Program-made: the position numbers and the translations under genes
Shown: positions 57,525 to 64,000 of the stretch, piece by piece
How positions within the stretch are numbered: the stretch's first letter is position 1
Layout of the letters: each line of letters begins with the position of its first letter
Origin: Alphaproteobacteria bacterium
GTDB taxonomy: Bacteria; Pseudomonadota; Alphaproteobacteria; SP197
Reading direction: 5' to 3'
Length of the DNA stretch: 64,000 nt
Assembly (NCBI GenBank): GCA_965200495.1
Contig: CBDAUG010000001.1
Coordinates: 1,191,406 to 1,255,405 of the forward strand
Notes under the pieces: model-generated
What the model was told of the DNA's origin: nothing
Databases searched by the model: none
The model's input: the letters and a program-made list of their open reading frames with translations, nothing else

Positions 57525-59123
57525 TCAGCTCTCGGCGTTCTCAATCCACGCGGTACGCGCAATCTGGTAAAAACCGAGCGGCCCTGACGGATGCGGCTCG
57601 GTCCCCTGGACTTCGGCTCGCGTTGCGTCCATGTAGTCGGCGAAAGCCATGGTGATATGGCCGCCGTCGTTCTGGAGCATGCGTTGCAGTGCGCAGTACA
57701 TCTCGCTGCGCAGCGCGAAGTCGGTGACACCACGCGCTTCGACCATAATCTTGTCGAAGTCCGGATTGTTCCATGCCGTCTCGTTGTACGAGGCGCCGCC
57801 GGCAAAGGCGATCGACAGGATGAGGTCGGGTACGGGCCGCGCATCCCAACCGGAAACGCACATCGGTTTCACCAGCCACGCGGTCTGCCAGTAGGTATCT
57901 GCCGGCGGCTGGATCAGGTTGATGTCGATGCCCGCTGCCCGCGCCGATTCCTGGAAGACCTGGCCGGCGGCAAGACCACCCTGTCCCGGCACGTCGGAGG
58001 CATAGAAATCGATGGGCGTGCCCTCAAGTCCGGTTTTCCGGAAATGGAACCTGGCCTTGTCAGGGTCATAGGCACGCTGTTCGACGGCGTCGCAGTAGTA
58101 GGGATCGATCGGCGAGATCGGATGATCATTGCCGACATGGGCGAAGCCCTTCATCACGTTGTTGACGATCGCCTCGCGATCGATGGCGTGCTTCATCGCC
58201 AGCCGGAAGTCGGGATCGCTCGTCGGCTCACGGTCGAGCATCATGGCGATGTTGAGGAAGGAGGCGCTCTTCGAGTTCAGCACCCGGACATCGTCTCGCT
58301 GTTCAATCAGACCGACCGCCTTGGGATCAAGATAGAGCAACACGTTGATGTCGTCGGACAGCAATGCGTTGGTCCGCGCCGTCGGGTCGCCGATCGCCAC
58401 TGTTTCGAATTCGTCGACCCAGGGGCCGTCTTCACCCCAATAGTCATTGTTGCGCTCGAAGACATAGCTCAGGCCGGCCTGGAAATCCTTGACCCTGAAC
58501 GGTCCCGTACCAGAGGTGTTGTTGGTGAAATCGGTCCAGCCTTCCTGGGAGACATGGACGCGCGTATCGCTGAGGACGATCGGAAAGTCCGCATTGGGCG
58601 ATGACAGCCTGAACTTGACGACGTGATCGCCGTCCTTCGTCATCTCGACGATCTGTCCCAGATAGGCCTTGGCCGGTGATTCCGAATCCTCCGCGAGGTG
58701 GCGGCCAAAGGAGAAGATGACGTCATCGGCGTTGAATGTCTTTCCGCTGTGAAAGGTGACGCCCTTGCGCAGTTCGAAGGTCCACTCCGTCGCGTCGTCG
58801 TTGACGTCCCAACCGGTGGCGAGCCAGGGAACGGGACGCAGGTCGGGTCCGCGGTTGACCATGAGGTCATAGACCGAGAATCCCCGCAGCAGATCGGATG
58901 TCGAGTAGAACCCTGTCGGATCGAGCGAATCGACGTTCTGCGCGGCTTCCACACCGACCGTGAGACGACCGCCTTTCTTCGGCGATTGCGCGCTGGCCGC
59001 GTTTGTGATGAGGTCGGGAAGGATCGATGCGCCAACTCCGGCAGCCGCCATGCGGCCGGCAAACTCGCGGCGCGAAATGCGCCGTTTCACGAACAAGTCC
59101 GTCAGATAGTCAATCCTTGACAT
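57525..59123 (-). CDS. ABC transporter substrate-binding protein, family 5 (peptide/glutathione/nickel-type), Tat-type signal
   Basis: ORF 57525..59498(-) trimmed to the ATG at 59123, which has a GAGGAGG RBS 6 nt upstream. The N-terminus [35 protein letters not shown] is a twin-arginine signal peptide. Family 5 SBP body of about 532 aa. Confidence 0.85.
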   Translation of the reverse strand: MSRIDYLTDLFVKRRISRREFAGRMAAAGVGASILPDLITNAASAQSPKKGGRLTVGVEAAQNVDSLDPTGFYSTSDLLRGFSVYDLMVNRGPDLRPVPWLATGWDVNDDATEWTFELRKGVTFHSGKTFNADDVIFSFGRHLAEDSESPAKAYLGQIVEMTKDGDHVVKFRLSSPNADFPIVLSDTRVHVSQEGWTDFTNNTSGTGPFRVKDFQAGLSYVFERNNDYWGEDGPWVDEFETVAIGDPTARTNALLSDDINVLLYLDPKAVGLIEQRDDVRVLNSKSASFLNIAMMLDREPTSDPDFRLAMKHAIDREAIVNNVMKGFAHVGNDHPISPIDPYYCDAVEQRAYDPDKARFHFRKTGLEGTPIDFYASDVPGQGGLAAGQVFQESARAAGIDINLIQPPADTYWQTAWLVKPMCVSGWDARPVPDLILSIAFAGGASYNETAWNNPDFDKIMVEARGVTDFALRSEMYCALQRMLQNDGGHITMAFADYMDATRAEVQGTEPHPSGPLGFYQIARTAWIENAES

Positions 59124-59496
59124 GGATGCCTCCTCTTCTGCCTCCATGGTAGCCGGTGGGGGCAATGGCACTGTGATCGATGCGAAACGATGATCACACA
59201 GTGTAAGGGCTTGATGAAGCGATTCAAGGAAATTGCCGGATGGCTGCGAGAGGGCGATTCTGTCCCTGTGCCTCGACGTTGCGCCATCCACATCGTGTGC
59301 GTTGTCCGCAATCCCGCAGGGATTGCTGCAGCAGATCCGCGACGATGATCCAGGGTCCGCAAGGTCGGCCTTCTTGTCGGATAGATGGCGGCAGCCCTTG
59401 ATCGTTCCCGACTGATTCATCACAGTGTTGCAGCTGTCCCGAACAACGGCGTTTCGCTCAACAGGGTCGCGATCTGTCAACGACGGAGGCTGGGTC

Positions 59497-60504
59497 ATGT
59501 CCGATACCTTTTCCGCACTCGTTGCGGTCGATGTGTCACCCCTGTTTGGTGGCGTTCAGGCCGAAGTGGCGGATACGGGAGCGGCCATGCTGACGGCCAT
59601 GGAGACATCCAATGGCTTTGTTGCGACCGGGCTGCCCGGCGCGGCATCTCTCGACGCCCGGATCGGCAATCTGCTCCGCTTCTTCGAATTGCCGGAGCCG
59701 GAACGGTTGGCGCTTGCCACGCGCCGGCACCGTGCCGACGCCGGACATTGCTACCGTGGCTATTTTCCCTTGCCCGAAGAGAGGGGCTGGGCCCACAACG
59801 AGATTTTCGATTTCGGACCGAATGAGCCGTCTCTCGCGCCGCAAGGTCATCCGATAAAGCGGTTTCTGGAAGAGAGGAACCAGTGGCCGACACGCGAGCC
59901 CTGTTCAGGCTGGCGCAGCGCAGCCGAAGCGCTCTTTGGCGATTTGCGCGCACTTTCCGTTGCTGTCATGGCGGCGCTTGCCGGTGCGCTCAAGGAGGAT
60001 GTCGGGGCCGTGATGAGCAAGTTCTCTGACGGGAACGGGACGCTCCGCATTCTCCACTATCCGCCGCCGTCTGACGACTTCGTCGCCGCGGTGAGGGAGA
60101 ACCTTCCAGAGCGGGTGGACGCTGCGGGACGACGCATCATCACCCACCGCCATACCGACGCCTGTGTCCTTTCGGTGCTTTGGCAGGACCGGATCGGCGG
60201 TCTGCAATACGAGGGACGTGACGGCGCATGGCGCGACGTGCCGTCCGGCAACGGACGGCTTTCGATACACGCAGGCCGTGCCCTGACCCTGATGACCCGT
60301 GATCGTATCGCGGGTACGCCGCACAGGGTCGTCGGTACGGGACTGGACCGCTGTTCCCTGGGTTTCTTCCTTGAGCCCGGCTTTGCCGAGGTGATCGCCC
60401 TTGACGAAGAGGAAGGGCCGTTCACCTACGCCGATCACATGAAGGATGATTTCGCCGGTCTGGACGACTACGCCGACGTCATGGGAGATGCCGTGGCGGC
60501 ATAG
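59497..60504 (+). CDS. 2-oxoglutarate/Fe(II)-dependent oxygenase, isopenicillin-N-synthase-like family (second copy)
   Basis: ORF 59425..60504, start at the ATG at 59497 with a GGAGG RBS. Motifs [17 protein letters not shown] and GTPHRVV (HxD...H plus RxS) are present. Divergently transcribed from the peptide ABC importer. Confidence 0.8.
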   Translation: MSDTFSALVAVDVSPLFGGVQAEVADTGAAMLTAMETSNGFVATGLPGAASLDARIGNLLRFFELPEPERLALATRRHRADAGHCYRGYFPLPEERGWAHNEIFDFGPNEPSLAPQGHPIKRFLEERNQWPTREPCSGWRSAAEALFGDLRALSVAVMAALAGALKEDVGAVMSKFSDGNGTLRILHYPPPSDDFVAAVRENLPERVDAAGRRIITHRHTDACVLSVLWQDRIGGLQYEGRDGAWRDVPSGNGRLSIHAGRALTLMTRDRIAGTPHRVVGTGLDRCSLGFFLEPGFAEVIALDEEEGPFTYADHMKDDFAGLDDYADVMGDAVAA

Positions 60505-60831
60505 CAGCACGATAACGGGTCCGAACCGCTTCGGTCGCGCCGGACGTTGCGGCGGCGCGTTCCCTTGCGCAAGCCGGTCCGGTACTGGGAAAAGCTGCCG
60601 GTGTCGGGCCCTTATCGTCGGGGACGCTGGTGAAACCGTCAATGAGCCATCCGTTTGCTCCGGTGGGCCAGCATGCCTGTGCTCTCGTACCAGGTGCTGG
60701 CAGACGTCGCGCAGCGCATGTCGGGATCCTCACGGCCCGTGATCTGGACGTTGTGGTTGCCACCAAGAGGTGTGATGCTCCCTGATGGTGGCGGGTCAGG
60801 GAGCGTCGGGAGGGGCGCCAGTGTCGTGACG

Positions 60832-61479
60832 TCATGACCCCTGGTCCGTGCGGCCGGCAATCCATCGCTCGTAGACAAGCTGCACGCTTGGCCGGGGCAT
60901 GACAGCATCGGCGATCCGCCTGACATTGGGGAATGCGGCTGGTGCCGGATGGCCCTGCGAAGGAACAAGCCAGGTCGTCAGCATGAAGAGGTAGATATCG
61001 ACCGCACTGAAGCGGTTGCCGAGAACCCATTCATTGTCGCCAATCTGATCGTCGATCACCTTCCACGATTCGCGCAATCGTCTGATGCCCCGTCGTTGCG
61101 CACTTGATTCATCGGCCGCCGCATCGACAAAGCGATCCGGATAGTAGTAGGTCTGGAAGGCCGTCTGCACGGTGTTGGAAAAGTACACCAGTGTCTGCAG
61201 GTACCGGGCGCGTTCCGGCTCGTCGAGCCCGGGCGCCAGGTTTGCCTCGCAGTGACGATCGCACAGGAACATCGTGATCGCGGCGCACTCGTACATGCCC
61301 TTGTTGTCCCACAGGAGAACCGGCACCCAGCCGTTGGGATTGACCGCCAGCTGTTCGGGCGGGCGCGGCACACCCATGTTTATCGTTGACGGGATCAGTT
61401 CGTAGGGGCTGCCGATTTCTTCCAGGATCACCCGAACCCCCTGGGCGGCGCTGCCTTCGGCATAGAACAGCTTGTACAT
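60832..61479 (-). CDS. Glutathione S-transferase
   Basis: ORF 60832..61785(-) trimmed to the ATG at 61479 with an AAGGAG RBS. N-terminal thioredoxin-like GST domain (MYKLFYAEGSAAQGVRVILEEIG...VPVL) and a helical C-terminal domain. 215 aa. Confidence 0.8.
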   Translation of the reverse strand: MYKLFYAEGSAAQGVRVILEEIGSPYELIPSTINMGVPRPPEQLAVNPNGWVPVLLWDNKGMYECAAITMFLCDRHCEANLAPGLDEPERARYLQTLVYFSNTVQTAFQTYYYPDRFVDAAADESSAQRRGIRRLRESWKVIDDQIGDNEWVLGNRFSAVDIYLFMLTTWLVPSQGHPAPAAFPNVRRIADAVMPRPSVQLVYERWIAGRTDQGS

Positions 61480-61771
61480 CGTGGACTCCTTCCCGTTCGT
61501 CCGCGCCATTGCTTCTGCGTCCCTGCAGGATACGTGGGGATACAGAACGCCAACATCCCTGTAAACACGACGTCTGCATGCGTCGTCCGAAAAGAGTCCG
61601 ACCTGCTGCTGTGCGCACGCTTTCCCGACACCGGGTTCCGGTCGCCCTTGTCCGATTGATCCCGCCGGCATGCGCCGGCCGGTTCCCGGCAAGACGCTGC
61701 GGGTGGCGTGAGGGCGCCGGTCCCGCAGTGCGCGGCTGTGCCGGTATTCCCGGCAACACCATTGTAACGGG

Positions 61772-62689
61772 TTGTTGCCTGACAAGACCTTGAAGGCATC
61801 GGGCCATGTGGCGAATAATGGCGGACTTGTAATGGCGGACTTGGCGATTCAAGCCCGTCCCTTCGCTGGCGGCCCGGAATTCGATTTGATGTACACAAGA
61901 CGGTGGCTGGAGTTTACATCCTCCATACCGCGCACGACGGCCATCGCACTCGGCGTCGCCATCTGGCTGATCTTCTTCGGGTTGTGGGAAATGGCGGTGA
62001 TGCTGGCATGGGTCAACTCCCTGTTCATGCCACCGCCCCACATCGTGCTTGCGACACTCTGGTCCCTTCTGACGAGTGGCGATTATCTTGTCGATATCGG
62101 CGTCAGCATCTACAGGATCGCCACAAGCTTCGCGGCCGCATGTCTGGTGGCCACCGTCCTCGGCATCCTCATGGGATCCTTCCGCCGCGTCGAAGCCTTC
62201 TTCAATCCCCTGGTGTCCGCATGGCGCTACCTCCCTGCGCCCTCGTTCATCCCTCTTCTCCTGATGTGGTTCGGCACCGGCGAGGGACAGAAAATCGCGC
62301 TTCTCTTCATCGGCGTACTGTGGTTCCTCATCACGCTGATCATGGACCATGTCAAGGCTGTCCGCCGTGAACTCATCGAAACCTCGATGACACTCGGGGG
62401 CAACCGCTGGCAGATCCTGATGACCGTCGTCGTGCCCGCCTCGATGCCCAACATCGTGGTCGCCATGCGACAGATGCTTGCCGTCAGCTGGACATACCTT
62501 GTTATCGCGGAAATCGTCGCCGCGACCACGGGAATAGGCGCCGTCATGATGCGCGCCAAGAGATTCCTGCATGTCGACAAGATCATGGCGAGCATCATTG
62601 TCATTGGCCTTCTCGGTCTTCTGTTCGATTTCCTTTTCCGTGTTGTGCACCGTCGGCTGTTCCCATACCTTGAACAAAGGAACCGTTGA
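61772..62689 (+). CDS. ABC transporter permease, NitT/TauT (nitrate/sulfonate/bicarbonate) family
   Basis: 6 TM permease with the family-typical loop (LIETSMTLGGNRWQILMTVVVPASMP). The start is uncertain: TTG at 61772 or ATG at 61832. Confidence 0.7.
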   Translation: MLPDKTLKASGHVANNGGLVMADLAIQARPFAGGPEFDLMYTRRWLEFTSSIPRTTAIALGVAIWLIFFGLWEMAVMLAWVNSLFMPPPHIVLATLWSLLTSGDYLVDIGVSIYRIATSFAAACLVATVLGILMGSFRRVEAFFNPLVSAWRYLPAPSFIPLLLMWFGTGEGQKIALLFIGVLWFLITLIMDHVKAVRRELIETSMTLGGNRWQILMTVVVPASMPNIVVAMRQMLAVSWTYLVIAEIVAATTGIGAVMMRAKRFLHVDKIMASIIVIGLLGLLFDFLFRVVHRRLFPYLEQRNR

Positions 62690-62715
62690 CGATCACGCAA
62701 ACCGGAGAATTCAGC

Positions 62716-63774
62716 ATGATGAAGAAGATCGGAGTCGTCGCGGTGGCAGTGCTGGCATGTCTTGGCGTGTCCATCGTATCCACAAGTCGCGTTCTTGGCA
62801 GCGAGGAAGTGCGTGTTGCCGGTCTGACCTGGCCCGGCTACGGCTTCTGGTTCATCGCCGACGAGAAGGGTCTCGCTCCCGATCTCGAGATCAGCTACCA
62901 GGCCATCGAGGATCCCTTCCAGACCTTTGCACTCGCGGCGGCAGGCCAGATCGACGTGGTCTCGAGCACCATTGAATTCGCGCCCATCGCCGCTGCGGAG
63001 GGCATACCCGTCAAGCTCGTCGCCTATGGCAACATCTCCTACGGCACCGACAAGATCGTGGTCGCGCCGGGCATCGAGAGCGCGGCGGACCTCGTGGGCA
63101 AGAAGGTTGCGGTGCTTGAGGGCGGTCTGGCCCAGCTCTACATGGCAATCTGGCTGGAACAGAACGGTGTTGCGTACGACGAGGTCGAGTATGTCAACCT
63201 GATCATGGACGACGCCGCCTCGGCGATGATCGGCGGGGATGTTGCTGCTGCCGAGTTCTGGGAGCCCTTCGGTACCCAGGTCCTGGAAGCCCGGGAGGGC
63301 ACGTCGCTCGCTGCCCATTCGCAGGAACCCTTCTGGTTGCAGAATGCCCTTATCGCTGATGCGCTCTTCATGAATGCGACCTTCATCGAGGATCGCCGTG
63401 ACGTCGCGCTCAAGACCATGAAGGCGCTCTACGATGCGATCGCGTGGTGGCGTGAAAACCCGGCAGAAGGCAACGAAATCATCGCCCGCGGGATGAAAAT
63501 GTCCGTGGAAGATGTCGAACTCGTCATTGGCAGGGATGGAACCGGCACCGACGGTGGCCTCTATCCCTATTCGTTCATCGAGACCGCCCGGTTCTGCGGA
63601 TCGGCGCCGGGAGAGCCGCCCTTTGGCCAGTCCAACGGACAGATCGCCGATCACTGGCGCATGACGAATGAATGGTGGATCAGGTTCGGCCTCATGTCAG
63701 AGACCGTCGAACCGTCCCGGGGAACCGATTGTTCGCTCCTCTCGGATCTTCATGCTTCCGGTTACGGGGGATGA
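62716..63774 (+). CDS. ABC transporter substrate-binding protein, NitT/TauT family (aliphatic sulfonate/taurine-like)
   Basis: ORF 62686..63774, start at the ATG at 62716 with a GGAGAA RBS. Signal peptide MMKKIGVVAVAVLACLGVSIVSTSRVLG. SsuA/TauA-like periplasmic fold. Confidence 0.75.
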   Translation: MMKKIGVVAVAVLACLGVSIVSTSRVLGSEEVRVAGLTWPGYGFWFIADEKGLAPDLEISYQAIEDPFQTFALAAAGQIDVVSSTIEFAPIAAAEGIPVKLVAYGNISYGTDKIVVAPGIESAADLVGKKVAVLEGGLAQLYMAIWLEQNGVAYDEVEYVNLIMDDAASAMIGGDVAAAEFWEPFGTQVLEAREGTSLAAHSQEPFWLQNALIADALFMNATFIEDRRDVALKTMKALYDAIAWWRENPAEGNEIIARGMKMSVEDVELVIGRDGTGTDGGLYPYSFIETARFCGSAPGEPPFGQSNGQIADHWRMTNEWWIRFGLMSETVEPSRGTDCSLLSDLHASGYGG

Positions 63775-63864
63775 GATCACAGTGACTCCATCGCCGGTGT
63801 GCCGGGCTCCGCTCACGGTCCGGCCCATCGCCCTTTTTGACGGGTTTCGCGCACGAGCGCCGGC

Positions 63865-64000
63865 ATGAGTCAGAATGAACAGAGCATCAAGAACTCCAAG
63901 CTCTCGGTGTCAGGTGTCGGCAAGACCTATCGTTCCGGTGCCAACCGCAGCATTGATGCGGTCGTGGACATGACCTTCGACGTTGTCGACAATGAACTCT
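63865..64000 (+). CDS. ABC transporter ATP-binding protein (NitT/TauT family), 5'-partial at window end
   Basis: The N-terminal 45 aa (MSQNEQSIKNSKLSVSGVGKTYRSGANRSIDAVVDMTFDV) is typical of SsuB/TauB-type NBD starts. Truncated by the window edge. Confidence 0.55.
   Translation, partial: MSQNEQSIKNSKLSVSGVGKTYRSGANRSIDAVVDMTFDVVDNEL

Noticed and set aside
1-64000. CRISPR arrays, tRNA/rRNA genes, integrases, prophage structural genes
   Set aside because: No spaced direct-repeat arrays, no GTTCGAATC/GTTCAAATC T-loop-containing cloverleaf candidates in intergenic regions, and no integrase/recombinase or capsid/terminase-like ORFs were found.

Overview
This is a high-GC (about 65-68%) chromosomal segment that looks alphaproteobacterial (Rhodobacterales/Rhizobiales-like). 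It is densely coding, with many ATGA/TGATG-overlapping gene junctions. I found no rRNA, tRNA, CRISPR array or intact integrase or transposase.

Gene content, in order along the window:
- A methyl-group/one-carbon block: a dimethylglycine-dehydrogenase-family enzyme (171-2588, minus strand) and an aminomethyltransferase that is DmdA-like (6346-7470, minus strand). Between them sit an MFS efflux pump, a quinone oxidoreductase and an SDR.
- A cytochrome b561 / cytochrome c' pair.
- The most unusual element: a translationally coupled two-gene operon (9399-12832). It pairs a membrane-anchored sensor-histidine-kinase-like protein, whose ATP-binding motifs are degenerate, with an OLD-family ABC-type ATPase plus Toprim nuclease. 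This architecture is typical of antiphage defense modules.
- An atypical three-gene glutamate-synthase-like cluster with domain fusions (13078-18457), next to an ammonium transporter and a small coupled TM protein.
- A TPP riboswitch followed by thiBPQ, preceded by a tusA-like gene.
- NUDIX and cystathionine beta-synthase-like genes.
- A small decayed island (27.6-29.5 kb) with a frameshifted zeta-toxin-like ATPase and an IS66-like transposase remnant.
- A cNMP-binding protein with an ABC-like exporter carrying a degenerate NBD, plus a COG4671 glycosyltransferase module.
- A long overlapping 10-gene operon (36539-47790) that joins glycosyltransferases, a phosphatase and a deacetylase to a yejFABE-like peptide ABC importer.
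- A cluster of IPNS-like 2OG oxygenase, AhpD-like protein and PLP decarboxylase, flanked by inverted paralogous small coiled-coil tail-anchored proteins.
- A glutathione-type peptide ABC importer, a second IPNS-like oxygenase, a GST, and the start of a NitT/TauT-type ABC system.

All calls come from reading the sequence and the ORF track, using motif and family knowledge. I ran no database searches.
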